A stretch of DNA of 64,000 bases, from NCBI RefSeq assembly GCF_009914755.1, contig NC_060936.1, one strand, 5' to 3'. Each line of letters begins with the position of its first letter. Position 1 is the first letter of the stretch. The notes under the pieces were generated by a model. It ran no database searches. It was not told where the DNA came from and was given only the letters and a program-made list of their open reading frames with translations. Source of the DNA: the human T2T-CHM13v2.0 reference genome, Homo sapiens. This document shows, one piece after another, positions 13,855-28,089 of the stretch. The translations under genes and the position numbers were made by a program.

Positions 13855-15084
13855 CTAATCAAGGACATTCTAAATGGTGGCTTTGATCCAAAAAAAATTT
13901 GTTTATTATTGTCATTATCCATATAAATTGCTGATCTTTCATCTATAGTTGAAGTTCCTGCTACTTTTGAATGCTAATAATTGAGATTGCTTCAGGTTAT
14001 ATATGTGAATGCATGTATCAGATATATATCTGTGTATCACTTAGGGGTGGTATCCATTTTGTCCTTTATACTTGTTTCTTTCCTAAACTTGATTACAACC
14101 TTGGAGGCAGATCACCTGGAACCAGTTTCCATTACTTTCCTCTGGTTTATTCATTTAAAAATATTTGAGTGTGTCCTGTGAGCCCAGGGCTGTGCTATGT
14201 GCTCATTGAAGTTAATGAGCATGTATTGCACACTCTGTGTTTGCTAGATACTACCTGAATGAATAATGTGCATTCTTGTCACAAGAACATCACAGTTTAA
14301 TTAGAGATAAAATTTTAAATTTTAGGAGAAATTATTTGGCAGTTTTACACTGACACAAAATATTGGATATAGCCACTTTGACTTGCTGCTTGTGAAAACT
14401 ACACTTTGTATAATTATGTGACTGAGCTGCAACCCCAGTGGTTTTGAGAAACAAGAATCAGCAGAATTTTGCAGCTTTAATAGAATGTACAAGCAACTGA
14501 ACTATACTTTATGTAATTATTACACTTTGTGTAATCACTTACTCCAATTGAACTAGGAAAATATTGCTTTTTAAAATTCATTCTTCTATTGTACTTCTTT
14601 CTGAAACAGAGTAAGGTATAATGTCTCCTTTCCCTTTAGCATTTAACAAATAAGATGTAAATATGATTTCCAATATACAGAAATGACCCATGCCGCAAAC
14701 AAAGGAACTTTATCTTACATCCCTGCAGTGGGGGTTTTTGCACATGGTGCAATTTTCCAAGATCCGGAAAGGATTTGGCTGAACAAAAAGGAAGAAGGCT
14801 CAGGCACTGGTCGAACAGCCTAGGGTTGACTTTAGACACCAGCATAAATAACTGTGGGGAAACTAATCTACGGAGAGAGTTTTGTGTGTGTGTGTTTTTT
14901 AAAGGAATGCGGTTTTCTTACTTTCAAAGACACCTAATAATGTAAATGAAGCAACACAATAAGGAATTACTAGAATCTGCTAAAGATTCTAAGGAAATTT
15001 GCTGGACTGACTCAGTATGATAGAACTGTAACTAGTTTGTCACTTTGTTAAAATAATGATGCTTTTAGATAATAAGAATAACAA

Positions 15085-15370
15085 CAATAATAGCTGGTAC
15101 CACTGAGTGTTTATTGTATTCCAGGAACTTTTCTAAGTGCATTGTTAACTATAAATTTTATGACAACCTGCTATGAAGAATACACTATTATATTGCCATT
15201 AGTTTTAATGGCAAAAACTTCAATTACTTTTGTACCAACATAGTATCTCCATTTCACAGACAAGAAAACTTAGGCACAGTGCGGCTAACTAATTTGTCTA
15301 AGGTCACGATAGTGGTGGGGGCAAGATTCTAATTCAGGTGGACTGGCTCCAGAATCCATGCTTTTAAGCT
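15085..15370 (-). mobile_element. MIR containing a partial MADE1 (15193-15243)
   Basis: MIR core ccatttcacagacaagaaaacttaggcacag...aaggtcac; insert ttgccattagttttaatggcaaaaacttcaattacttttgtaccaac is the centre and right arm of MADE1. Confidence 0.8.
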
Positions 15371-16729
15371 TTATTGTCTTAAGATTGTCTTTTAATTATA
15401 ATGGTATGAACATTCAAGCTTTTAATCTTATTTTTCATAACATTTTTACCCCATTAATTCACTCAGCAAATCTTTTCTTCATAAATTGTGAAAGTGCCAC
15501 CCAAGACACTGTCTAATTTATTAAAAGTTAAGATTAGCAGGGTCCAAATTTACAAATTGCAGGATAGGATTGTTTTTTACTGATGGTGGCTTATATTCTA
15601 AAATAGTAGTTATGTGTATTTGTATCTCTAAAAAATATTACTAAAAAAGCATAAAAGAGACAAAAACCTCATGTACACACAAAAGTCCACGGTGGCAGAC
15701 TGGATAATTCACAATGGTGTATAGTCCTTTTAGATAAGGATTATTTTCTTCTAGTCTTTGAATGTTCACACTTTTATTTAGTGTAGTGTATCCTCATTAA
15801 CCCCTTCCATTAGATGGTGGTCAACAATTATGCTTCTGCTGTGCTTCTGTTCTCCCTTGGGGAGAGAGAGATGATGGATTCAGCATAAAGCTGGACTTCA
15901 CTGTATTAGTAAGTAGCCTGACTGCTGTGCACATCAAGATAAGTTTCATGGTACATAGAGGTAACACAATGGAAATCACAGTTTAGAAATCCAATTTATC
16001 TTGCTGTGAATAGAATTGCCTTCAATACAGACACCAATTAGTTTTGTTCCATAACACTGTTATAGAAATGTGACATTGAAAAACTACTTGCAAACTACTA
16101 AAGCATTCATCTACCATGAGTTCATGTCATGGAGGGAAAAATGTTAATTCTACTTATGTGAGAAAGCATAAAAGGGTTTTTTACAAAGAGCAGCCACAAG
16201 GTCAGAATACGACTCTGAGGTAATAAAGTGAAGACTTCTCTGAAACCTTTAGTTGCTTATACATTCTATTAGAACTGCAAAATTCTGCTGATTCTTGTTT
16301 CTCAACACCACTGGGATCGCAGCTCGGTCACATTATAGATTAAGTGGAGAGCGATGCCAGCCTTTAATGTTTCTTCTTGAACTGCATCTGGACCTGCTGC
16401 TGATGCTCTTGGCTGGCCTCGGTTCTCCTCTTTGGCTCCAGCATCCTCTGACTCTTCCTGTAATCACTGGTCAGTTCACTACTTAGATCATTTATGGCAA
16501 AGCCTTGAAATGTACCTTCACATTCATTATAAGAATAAAAAGGCCCAGCTAGAGTACTCTAGAAGTTAAAAAAACTGAAGTGTAGCTAACATTTTCCCAT
16601 TCATCTGTAGACAAGCACACATCATAAGAACATGTCTATGGTTTAATAAGATTGGACTCAAACATCTTGCAACTCAATTGTACACACACTTATTGATCAT
16701 ACACAAGATAAAAGACATTGTTTAGGAAA

Positions 16730-16960
16730 GCATGATATGGTGGAAAGAATATAAGAACTGGAGCAGGACAGACTGGGGTGGGAATTCAAGCTCCACCATT
16801 TACCAGCTCTCTGGGCCTGAGCCAGTACTTAATATTTCTAAATTTTGGCATACTTTTTTTTGAATGGAGATAATAGCTACCTTGCTTGTATGGTTACTGA
16901 GAATTAGACGTTATGTATACAGAGTGCCTGAATATAGTGTGTTGAATGATGACTATTATT
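16730..16960 (+). mobile_element. MIR
   Basis: ggtggaaagaa...aattcaagctccaccatttaccagct...aatggagataatagctacct. Confidence 0.75.
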
Positions 16961-17139
16961 ACTAAGCTATGTGGGGGTAATTAAGGCGAGACGTGGTTCC
17001 CATCTTTAAGGAGCTTGTTCTACAATGGGAGAGAAAACATATGAACAAATATTTGTGCTTCAAGCAGAAAGGATAAAGGCCATAAAGGAGCTTCAAAGTG
17101 CCTTGATGAGAGTGCTATGAAGGGAACCTATTGGCTGGG

Positions 17140-17498
17140 GTATTGCAGCAACCTCCTAATTGGTCTCCCTGACTACCGTCTTGCCCACTCTAGTCTACTC
17201 TTCATTAACAGCTAACATAGTCTTTCTTAAACGTGGATCTGATCACATCAATCTCATGGTAAAATACTGCCATGACTTTTCATTCCCTTTGTGACAAAGT
17301 GTTTAGTATGTGAACTCCAGCTTAAATTTCCAACTTCATCTCTCTTCTTCCTTCTGCCTTACCCATCCCCAAAAATACAGTTCATGGGCTAGCCTTACTA
17401 AACCTTTTTTCAGTTCCAGGTTAGTTAGGGTTCTACACAGAAACAGAACCAATAGGATATATATATATACATATATGTGTGTGTGTGTGTGTGTATAC

Positions 17499-17529
<31 letters not shown>

Positions 17530-18260
17530 AAATAAAGAATTGGCTCACACAATTATGGAGTTTGAGAAGTCCCAGGATCTGCAGTTGGCAAGCTGGAGAC
17601 CTAGGACAGATGGTTGTTAAGTTTCTATCTAAGGGCAGAAGAAGACAATGTTCCAGTTCAAGTAGTCTGGCTGGCAAAATTCCCTCTTGATCAAACTTTT
17701 GTTCTATTCAGGTCTTCATTTGATTGAATGAAACCCACTCACATCAGGGAGGGTAATCTGCTTTATTCAGTCCACCAATGCAGATGTTTATTTCATCCAG
17801 AAACACCCTCACAGATACACCCATGATAATGTTTGGTTGAATGTCTGGGCATCCTATGGCCCAGTCAAGTTGACACACAAAATTAACCATCACAAATTCC
17901 AAGAGCACGACATGTTCTGTTTTACATCTGTCCCTTTGCACATGCAGTTCCCTCTGCCTAGGCTACTCTTGGTCTCCTGACGCCTGGTCCACTTCTACTG
18001 GCTGTTCCAGTCTCAGTTCACAAGTCTAACCCTTCCAGACTTGGTCAGATCCCTCTCCTACGGTACCCTTCAGTTCCCCTATTATAGCATGCATCTTTGT
18101 ACACTGTAATTTCTTATTTACCTGTCTCTGTCATGTAGACTGTCAGCTCACAGAGAGTCAAGAACTTGTCTTTAGTGTGTCCACAATATCTCCTGTGTCT
18201 AGGACCAGATTCAGCAGGTTAAATCATCCAATAGCTATTTGTTAAATGAATGAATAAATA
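17140..18260 (+). mobile_element. L2 3' region split by an MLT2 LTR
   Basis: acctcctaattggtctccctg...ctttgcacatgcagttccctctgcctagg...tagactgtcagctc...tttgttaaatgaatgaa tail. Confidence 0.8.
17417..17894 (-). mobile_element. MLT2 (ERV-L) solo LTR with internal (TA)n/(TG)n microsatellite
   Basis: ttagttagggttct...agaaacagaaccaatagga and ggcccagtcaagttgacacacaaaattaaccatcaca termini. Confidence 0.9.
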
Positions 18261-18499
18261 GATTTAGTGGAGCAGGTGGCAGCTAATATAGGTCTTAGAG
18301 GAGGAAGACTTTGGAAGAAATTTAACACCCAATTTGGGAAAATCAACAATAAATAATACCAAAATATTCATTTTGGGATTAAGCCTTCAAACATTTGTAT
18401 AGGGAGTCTGAAGACTAACAGTTATTTCACTATACCAAAAATAATTGTAGCTATCATGAGATACTCTCCAGGAGGTAAGGGGCTTTGTTTTTCTCATAT

Positions 18500-21400
18500 T
18501 TGAAGAACATTTTTTATCATGGGAAAATAGAAGTTGAAAATAGTATAATGAAGCTCCACACGCTCATCTTAAATACCTATTAACATGTCATCATACTTGT
18601 TTTTATTTTTATTTTTTGGTTGAAGAACTTTAAAGCATATCCAGGAAAATCTGATACTTTTTGTGCTTAAATAGTTCAATACATTTACACATCTTTAAAA
18701 ATAAGGACATTTTCTTCATAATCACTATACTACTGTAGAACCCAACAGTATTAGCAATATTTCTATAATATTATTTAACACCCAGCCCATACTTGGAATT
18801 TCTCCAAAGTGTCCTTTTTTTTTTTTTAACAGTTAGTTTGTTTTAATCAGAGTGCAAATAAGGTACACACATTTGATTGCCATGTCTCTTGACTCCTTTT
18901 GATTTATAAAGGTACTCTTACAGCCACCACTCCTTTTTAACACATGCCATCAACATGTTGAAGACTGGGTCATTTGTCGTGTAGAATACTTCTCATTTGG
19001 GATATGTTTGGTTGCTTCCAAATGATGTCATTTAACCTATCCTTCTTTCCCTTGTATTTCCCATGAATTGGAAGTTAGAGCTAGAGTCTTGATTAAGTTC
19101 AGATTCAACATTTTCAACAAGGATACTTCATAGCTAGAGCTGGGTACACCATATTACAACCTATCAGAAGCACATGCTGCTTTCTAGTTTTAGGGATGCT
19201 AAGAGTGATCATCTCGTACTTCTGTAATAAAGTTGCAGCCCCCCACCCCACACTGCCACCACTTACTTATGCTTATGTCAAATCAGTGGTTTGTCACTTT
19301 GGTACAGTTATTGTTATCCTTTCATCTAATTGTTTTTAGCAACTATTAAAGGTTGCTTAAGCAATTATTTCATTAGGGATTGCAAAACGGTGATTTTTTA
19401 ATGCAGTAATTCTTGCTACATTTATTAGTTGAAATTCTTCTACAGAGTTTTTTTCTACCTAAACTAGAACTATTTGGTGTTCTGAAATACTTTTTTTTAA
19501 ATAAGAAAGGCAAGATGAATTCTAAATTCATTCTCTTTAAAGAGATTTTCTTTTGTCTTTTAAAAAAAGATTCATCATGGATTTTTATATAGTCAGTGTA
19601 TTCCAACCAATCACAATCATTATTCATTTTGATGCTCAAATTGTTCCATCTCTGGCCAGTTGAAGCCCCTTTAAGTTGCTTTCAAACACTTTTGAAGAGT
19701 CTCATTAAACTTTGATAGCTTCCTTACTTTCTGGAGCACAAAATGCTCCAAGCTCATCTTGTATGTTTCATGCCCCAGACCTGGAAACAGCTTTTTCTTT
19801 TCTTTTTTTTTTTTTCTTTACTTTAAGTTCCGGGATACTCTGCAGAATGTGCAGGTTTGTTACATAGGTATACGTGTGCCATGGTGGTTTGCTGCACCTA
19901 CTCAACCTGTCACCTAGGTCTTAAGCCCCACATGCATTAGCTATTGTCATGATTCTCTCCCTTCCACTGCCCCCTCAATAGGCCCTGGTGTGTGTTGTTC
20001 CCCTCCCTGTGTCCATGTGTTCTCAGTGTTCAACTCCCACTTATGAGTGAGAACAAGTGGTGTTTAGTTTTCTGTTCCTGTGTTAGTTTGCTGAGGATGA
20101 TGGCTTCCAGCTTCATCCATGTCCCTGCAAAGGACATGATTTCATTTCTTTTTATGGCTACATAGTATTCCATATGTACCACATTTTCTTTATCCAGTCT
20201 GTGATTGATGGGCATTTGGGTTGGTTCCATGTCTTTGCTATTGTGAATAGTGCTGCAGTAAACGTATGTGTGCATGTATCTTTATAACTGAATGATTTAT
20301 ATTCCTTTGGGTATACACCCAGTAATGGTATTGCTGGGTCAAATGGTATTTCTGGTTCTAGATCCTTGAGGAATCACCACACTGTCTTCCACAATGGTTG
20401 AACTCATTTACATTCCCACCAACAGTGTAAAAGCGTTCCTATTTCTGCACAGCCTCGCCAGCATCTGTTGTTTCTTGACTTTTTAATGATCATAATGATC
20501 CTCATTGTGACTGGCATGAGATGGTATCTCATTGTGGTTTTGGTTTTCATTTCTCTAATGATCTGTGATATTGAGCCTTTTCTCAAATGTCTTCTTTTAA
20601 GAAGTGTCTGTTCATATCCTTTGGCCACTTTTTGATGGGGTTTTTTTTTCTTGTAAAATTGTTTAAGTTCCTTGTAGATTCTGAGTATTAGCCCTTTGTC
20701 AGATGGGTAGATTGCAAAAATTTTCTCCCATTCTGTAGGTTGCCTGTCCACTCTGATGATAGTTTCTTTTGCTGTGGAGAAGCTCTTTAGTTTAATTGGA
20801 TCCCTTTGGCAATTTTAGCTTTTGTTGTAATTACTTTTGGTGATCTCATCATAAAATCTTTGCCCATGCCTATGTCCTGAATGGTATTACCTAGGTTTTC
20901 TTCTAGAGTTTTTATGGTTTTGGGTTTTACATTTAAGTCTTTAATCCATATTGAGTTAATTTTTGTATAAGGTATAAGGAAGGGATCCAGTTTCAGTTTT
21001 CTGCATATGGCTAGCCAATTTTCCCAGCATCATTTATTACACAGGCAATCCTTTCCCCATTGCTTGTTTTTGTCAGGTTTGTTGAAGATCAGATGCTTGC
21101 AGATGTGTGGTCTTATTTCTGAGGTCTCCATTCTGTTGCATTAGTCTATATGTCTGTTTTGGTACCAGTACCATGCTGTTTTGGTTACTGTAGCCTTGCA
21201 GTATAGTTTGAAGTCAGGTAGCATGATGCCTTCAACTTTGTTCTTTTTGCTTAGGATTGTCTTGGCTATGTGGGCTCTTTTTTGATTCTGTATGAATTTT
21301 GAAGTAGTTTTTTTCTAATTCTGTGAAGAATGTCAATGGTAGTTTCATGGGAATAGCATTGAATATATAAATTGGCAGTATGACCATTTTCATGATATTG

Positions 21401-22000
21401 ATTCTTCCTATCCATGAGGATGAAATGTTTTTCCATTTATTTGTGTCCTCTCTTACTTCCTTTAGCAGTGGTTTGTAGTTCTCCTTGAAGAGGTCCTTCA
21501 CTTCCCTTTTTAGCTGGGGAATCAGCTTTTTCTTCAAGGAGTCCTGGTTCCTTTCAGTGGTATATAATATTTGAATCCCAAATCTCGTCAGTGAACATGC
21601 TAATTCCTGAGCTGTTATTGCTTTCAAGCCTTTTTAGTAGACAAGAGCTAGGGAATCTGTATTAAAACACCCATAAGTTAATTGTGAAATTTCCAATTCC
21701 AATTTAAATTTAATAGGGTTTTTACTTAACTTACGAAATTATACATTTGCTTCTTTCCTTTTCAGTGAAAATCTTAATTCCTAATAACAAGATATTTTTA
21801 TAGCTTTATCTTCCATATATATAATGTATAAGTATAAATAGTTAAAAATAATAATACCAATACTACTACTAACAGTTAGATTACTAAATTGTTTAAGGTT
21901 TTTTTTTTTTTTTTTTTTTGCCCTTAAAAATAACTCATTAAATAAATATGGCCCATATACTGTGTCTTAAAGCCATTTGAGTTATTTCTTTTTTCTGTGT
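18500..22000 (-). mobile_element. L1MC4-like 3' region interrupted by an L1PA
   Basis: tgccccagacctggaa|...|tcagc...caaggagtcctggttcctttcagtgg rejoins across the L1PA. Confidence 0.75.
19800..21517 (-). mobile_element. 5'-truncated L1PA8A/L1PA10-like element
   Basis: ORF2p fragments (ORFs 20030-20275, 20404-20751, 21232-21627); TSD GGAA(A/T)CAGCTTTTTCTT at 19783-19799 and 21518-21534. Confidence 0.95.
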
Positions 22001-24345
22001 GGTAAATTATCTTTTCTAATGACTTATACAACACAACTAATGAGTCCTCATTATACTTGAAAAAGCAAGGTTTTCATTCTAATAGACCTGGTTCCTCTGG
22101 GGGAGAGGTGCTAGAGATTAGAGTTGTGTTCTAAATTAATTAGTTGAAGCAACAAAAACCAGAGGAAAATCTGTTATGTAAATACATGGTCACAATGGAC
22201 TTTATCTTGAAGAAACTTGTCAGGGAGTGAATAGCAGATGCAGAATTTTTCTGCCAATGTGAGTTATTGAGCTGCCGGCTTCTGTAAATTTTTAAATACG
22301 ATCCCTCAGCAACCTATGGACAATACCAGATTTCCTATCACCTACTTGATTTTCAGGTCATTTTTGTTATAAGCATATACTCAGTAGAGGGTTAAGAAAG
22401 AAGTTGGATTAGAGCCAAAGAAGGCAGTTGCCTTTCACCATTGTTGAAAGTGGGGATGAAGAAATTCTGCTGCTTCAATAGTGTTTCTTTTGAGTACAGT
22501 TGGAATAGTAGGAGTGAAAGAAAAGGCAGATTTAGGGAAAGGAGAAGAAAAGATAGGAAGAGGGATAGGAAGATAAAGATTATAATAGCTCTTCTCTCCT
22601 ATACCAGACACAGTGCAAGGCATTTTAATTAATTTAAACAACTCTCAGAATGCAACTTTCACATGATCTCTGTAGGATGAACTGAAGGCTGTGTGTATAA
22701 ACACAATTTTAGCAAAAGGTTTTAGCTTCTTCTTAGGTCTGGTATAATGCAGTGATCTGTTGATTAAAACATTTTAATAGACTAAATGTGTACTTTGGTT
22801 TGAGGTTGAGACCAAGGTTTTCACTCAGTGTTTTTGTAGAGAAATAATTAGGAACATCAGTATTATCATCACTTTCATTTTATTTTCTCAGGCCTGCTAC
22901 TTAGGGCCTGGCACATAATAAGTGCTCAATAAATGTTTGTTGAGTGATTAAATCACTCGATTACTTTTCATTCCTTCCAACCCTAGATGGAATGGAGAAC
23001 TAAAAACATATTATGACATTTTTACAGGCAAACAATTTATATAAGGAAATATAGTGAATGGAAATGCCATAAATGTTGAAATAAGCCTAACCACTCTACT
23101 GTAGTTAAAGGAAAAATCAGGAGAACATGTGGATAATATAATAAGGTTTCAGTGCTAAAACGAGCTTTAGAAATCATCTGAATCTTCATTTTGTAGATGA
23201 GGACTATGAAGATCTAAAATGGTTGCGACTTGTGCAGAGCCACACTCTTGGTTAGGGGAGTCAGCTGATCCTGGTTTTCTAATTCCTTCCTCCAGGTGTA
23301 TACCCTACCCTTACATCACACCCAATGTCCAACAAAGACAGAGAGTGGGACTTGACTTCCACGTTCATTGAATCCCAAGCAATTACTTTAAGAACCCTGA
23401 AAGAAATCATTTTGGGACATTTACCTGAGATAAGAAGGAAGCCCATAATGCAATTCAGAAAACAAACAAGGGAGCTTAGCGATCACATAAGCCTGTTTAC
23501 GTTGAGAACCAGATAGAGAATAGTTTCTCAAGAGACTAGATAGAGTCTGCAATATTAGGGACATTTCTGTAGTGATGACATAAAACTATTGGGATATCTG
23601 GGGGAGAGTGAGTCTTCCATCCCACCGAGAGGTTGGATAGACTGATTGGTTCTATTTTCAATTCTCCTCATTTTCATTATCTGTGTTTGGGATGGACAAT
23701 CACAATTGCAATGATTTCTTTTTGGGGTAAGGGTGGAAGGCAAAACTAATGATGTCACCAGAGAAAGCACACAGAGAGTATTTACCATCCTGGAGATCAG
23801 TGAACTGAAAATGTTGCTAGCACATCAGTCCTAGGGTGATGAGCTCCGTGGGAGCTCAGAGTAGCAATGAGTTGTGCCAGCTACCCACTGAGGGTGACAG
23901 TTTAAAAACAATGGACTGAAAAATGTTGTAAATTTGAAAAACAATGAACTGCCTGGTGTCAGTGTTTAGAGATTGATGGGACTGGTGCCTGGAAAGCCAG
24001 ATAGGAGTGTAGAAATTCACACCATTTTAACATTCAAAGTGTCCCTTGAAATGATTCATTAAGAGCCATATAGATATAAATGCATATCTATGTATATAGA
24101 TTTATATGCATTTGTACACATAAACACATGCACATTATTTATATTGTTCTCTCTTTGTGTTTAAAATGCTCAGAAGTTGAAACTTGTTTGGAAATATTCA
24201 GTCAAGTGAAATGTTTCCTTTTGCAATATGCAGTTTGTCTTGGTAGCTCACGCTGCCTTTAACTTTCTTTTCCCTTCCTCCCTATATAATTAAAGGTGAA
24301 GGGCAAGCAGGAGAGAGAGTTTTTAACTTATGCTGGTGCTCTCCT

Positions 24346-24440
24346 GAGTGCTGCTGCATGTGGCTATACAGGCTCTGCATTGCACAACATACAGATTATG
24401 ATGGGGATGGCGCCTTCCAAAGTGGTGTGACAAGGCTGTC
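24346..24440. mobile_element. Possible MER91-like hAT remnant
   Basis: gctgctgcatg...caggctctgcattgcacaac...atggcgcc resembles the recalled MER91 consensus. Confidence 0.35.
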
Positions 24441-24481
24441 AGTCCAGTGCTGTAGCCAGATGGGAATTTGGGGTTTGAAAG

Positions 24482-25335
24482 TGTGTTAGTTAACTATTGC
24501 TACTTGATATCCCAAAACTTTGTGGTTTAAAATAATAGTCCTTTATTATATTTCATGAGTTAAAGGATCACCTGGGAGGTTCTGCTGATGGACTGTGCTC
24601 TGCATCTCTGTGGTCAGCTGGTGAATAGGCTGGTGGCGGTAGGTCTAGGATGACCTTGACAGGGACAGTTCATTTGTCCTCCATGTGTTTTTCACATCCT
24701 CTAACAGGCTAGCTAAAGCTTATTCTTGTTAGTGATAGTTAATGTGCAAGTGTTTTTTCACTTTTTCATCGATGCGATATGGTTTGGATGTTTGTCCCCT
24801 ACAAATCTTATGTTGAAATGTAATTCCCAATGTTGGAGGAGAGGTCTGGTGGGAGGTGATTGGATCATGGGGGCAGATCCCTCATGAATGGCTTAGCACC
24901 ATTTCCGTGGTGATGAGTGAGTTCTTGCTCAGTTCATGTGAGATCTGGTTGTTTAAGAGTGTGTGGCACCTTTGCCCTCTTTCTCTTGCTCCCACTTTTG
25001 CCATGTGACATGCTGGCTCCTTGTTGCCTTCCACCATGTTTGTAAGCTTCCTGGGACCTCACTAGAAGCAGATGCTAGCACCATGCTTTCTGTAAAGCCT
25101 GTAAAACCATGAGCCAATTAAACCTCTTTTTAAAATAAGTTATCCAACTTCAGGTAGTTCTTTATAGCAATGCAAGGACAATCTAACACAGTCTGCTTTG
25201 TCAAGTTTGCTGCTTTTTCATTGGCCAAAGCAAATCACATGGTGAAGTCCAAAGTCATGTGGGAAGGTAGTTTCAAAGGGTGTGGATATAGAGAGATACA
25301 AAAAATTCAGACTCTTAATGCAACCAGTCTAACAC
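24482..25335 (-). mobile_element. MLT1H-like LTR split by MSTB
   Basis: cccaaaactttgtggtttaaaataa... resumes cattggccaaagcaaatcacatgg...gggtgtggata after 25190. Confidence 0.7.
24775..25190 (+). mobile_element. MSTB-like MaLR solo LTR
   Basis: gatatggtttggatgtttgtcccc...gatccctcatgaatggcttagc...ctaacaca. Confidence 0.88.
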
Positions 25336-25383
25336 AGAGAGTGAGTTAGCAAACAAAAGTCTCAAAGAGAGGATCATGAATGT

Positions 25384-25763
25384 TGCTCTGGTTTGAATGT
25401 CCCCTCCAAAACTCAAGTTGAAATTTAATTGCCATTGTGATGGTATCAAGAGGTAGGACCTTAAAGAGGTAATTCGGTTATGAGGGTGGAACTGTTGTCA
25501 TGAGAATAGGTTAGTATTGCTGCAGTGGGAACCTGATAAAAGGATGAGGTTCGGCTCCCTTTTTCTTTCTGTCTCATGCGCTCTCATCCTTTCTTGCCAT
25601 GTGATGCCTTCTGCCATGGGATAATAACAAGACCCTCACCAGATGCAGCCCCTTGATCTTGGGCTCCCCAGCCTCCAGAACCATGAGCCAAATAAACTTC
25701 TATTGTTTATTAATTATCCAGCCTGTGGTATTCTGTTATAGCAGCAGAAAACAGACTAAGACA
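25384..25763 (+). mobile_element. MSTD-like MaLR solo LTR
   Basis: tgctctggtttgaatgtcccctccaaaactca...gaccctcaccagatgcag...acagactaagaca. Confidence 0.85.
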
Positions 25764-26639
25764 AATATCAATAGTCTTTGTTGTTCAAATCAGTACTATT
25801 TTTCTTTGAAGTTTGTATTTATTCATTTATTCATCCATCCAGCTTTTATTAGGTCTATTACGTTTAGACACTATTGTAGAGACTAAGACAAACTTTGTGC
25901 TTAAAATGGTTACCTGGTGAAACAGGCTTTTCTTTGGGCTCCACATCTTCTATTTCTTCTTCTCTCATCTGAGATATGGAGGGGGTCTTTTTTAAAATGG
26001 AATAGCAAAAAACTTGCTCTATGAAGCAGGTCATGTTAACTCAAGAAAGATTGACAAGCCTTGAAGCTTGCTCACCAGAAACATTGCCTCTCCTGCGAGG
26101 AGCTGGGACTCAGAAAGAGGGAAAGGAAGTAGAAAGAGGCCAAGGAGATAGGGTAGAGGAGAGAAGGAGGGAAAAGGGAGGAAGTCCAGAGAGAAAGAGA
26201 GAGAATTTAGATGCTTATCTCAGGTGAACTGAATGAACTTAGGGGCGACAGTAAAGACATTTTGCATCTTTCTCTGGGTTTTGTGTGTGTACATAACTGG
26301 CTAATGCTTTTTTTGTAATGGCCTGTCCTAATGTTGTCTCCCAGATACTGTGGGGGGTAAGTAAAGCATTTCATTTTGTAGAAATATGGAAGATGACTAA
26401 TCATTTATCCTGCTCTAATCTTGCCTTCAGGACTACCCAATCTTCTCTTTATTCTTGTCATGTGCCAGTCACCATTACCTTCTTTTTGGCTTCAGGAGCC
26501 TGCCCACTAACCTGGACTTCAATTATTAATCATTTAAATGTTGCATTTTGTGGAATTCTAGAAGTCTCATCTTTTTTATCATGATTCTTCAACAACATTT
26601 CCACATTCTAGCTCCCAGCCTATTACCTTGATTCTAACG

Positions 26640-26711
26640 TCATCCATTCATGGAACATTTAGAGAGCTCCATTGTTCATCCGTTCATGGAACATTTAGAG
26701 AATTCCATTGC
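26640..26711. repeat. Tandem duplication, 36 bp x2
   Basis: tcatcc(a/g)ttcatggaacatttagaga(gc/at)tccattg. Confidence 0.9.
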
Positions 26712-26744
26712 TCATGTGTGACAGTGTAGCTACAAACAATACTA

Positions 26745-26925
26745 TGAAGATAATAATTGAATACTTACTATGTGTAAGACCTTATTGTAGCACATTTACT
26801 TGTGTAAACTTTATTTCACAACAATACCATCATTATCCTCATTTTACAGATGAGGAAATGGAAGCATAAAGAGATCAAATCACTTACTTGAAATAACAGA
26901 ACTGGGAGTTGAATCCAAGTGGGTA
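26745..26925 (-). mobile_element. MIR
   Basis: attatcctcattttacagatgaggaaatggaagc core. Confidence 0.8.
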
Positions 26926-27535
26926 GGCATAACTACACTCGATAAATAAGGCCCATTTCTGCTCTCAGGGAGTGACGATACCTTTGTTTTCTTCTTTTGT
27001 TACTAATCTGTTACTGCTTCAAACATTTTTGGCTTTCATCCATTCTTAAGAAAATTTCCTTGACTTTTCAAAGTCAACTATTTAATATTTCTATGGTATT
27101 TTAATTCCTGTTTTTACTGTTTTCCTTCCTCTTGTTCTCACATGCTCTGAGACAATGCCCTTTTCATTACCTTGACTTTTACTTTGATCTTCGTCTTTGC
27201 TAGCTCCTTTCCCTCAATAAACAAACAGGCTGAACATTAAAAAAACCCTATTATCCTCTAACTTGTACTTCCTTGAAGCACAAAATTAAAAAAAACATGT
27301 GGATCTTTAATAATCCACCTCTTGATGGGCTCTTCTCTCATGGCGTCCCTGAAACTATGTCTTTCCCGTCATGGCTGTCCTTCACTTCTCTGAATATGCT
27401 CCCCTACGTCTCTGAGTGTGCTTTTCTGTCCCCACGACTGAACTTTACTCCTTCTCCTCTTGTTCATACATTGGCATTGCCTGGTGTTCTGTCCTGTAGG
27501 CTTGTCTCTAGTCTTTTTACCTTCTTTCTCAGTGA

Positions 27536-27635
27536 TAGGGTGGCCATAGAATTTATTGCCCAAACTGGGACACTATTGTCTGGGACAAATGCCAAACTGG
27601 ATGTGATGCCAGGGCAACCAGAGTAAACCAGGACT
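27536..27635. mobile_element. hAT-Blackjack (MER94-like) remnant
   Basis: tagggtggccatagaatttattgcccaaactgggacact terminus. Confidence 0.55.
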
Positions 27636-28089
27636 GCGATTTTTCCCAAATCTTCCTCGGTTCCACATTTCCAACCCTTTGCTAGTGGTTTCTACTTGTG
27701 TGTTCAGGGCTTTCAGCTTTAGATATCCTAACTCAGACTCTTTTCTTTTTTTCTTTTCTAATCAACAATTCCTGAATTCTCTGCTTCTGAGGGAGCTGCC
27801 ATCCTGCAATGCCTGAGATGTGACAACCTGGGTCATTTCCGAATGTCTCTCATACACACTGTCCATGGCATCAGTCTTCAGGTCTATTGATTTGGCTTTT
27901 ATAATGTTTTACTTCATTCCTTCTTTTTGATTTTCAGTGCTGCTATTTAGTTCAGGCCTTTATCACTTCAAGCCAGAATTACTGTGGTAGTCTGATCCCA
28001 ACCAACTTTTTATCTGTATCTTCTCCTACTTGTTCTAGAACTCTATGCATATCTAATATAGACCCTTTCCTGTCTCCTGTCCTGCATGG

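Noticed and set aside
15193-15243. Possible miR-548-type hairpin from MADE1
   Set aside because: The left arm is missing, so only a short central stem can form.
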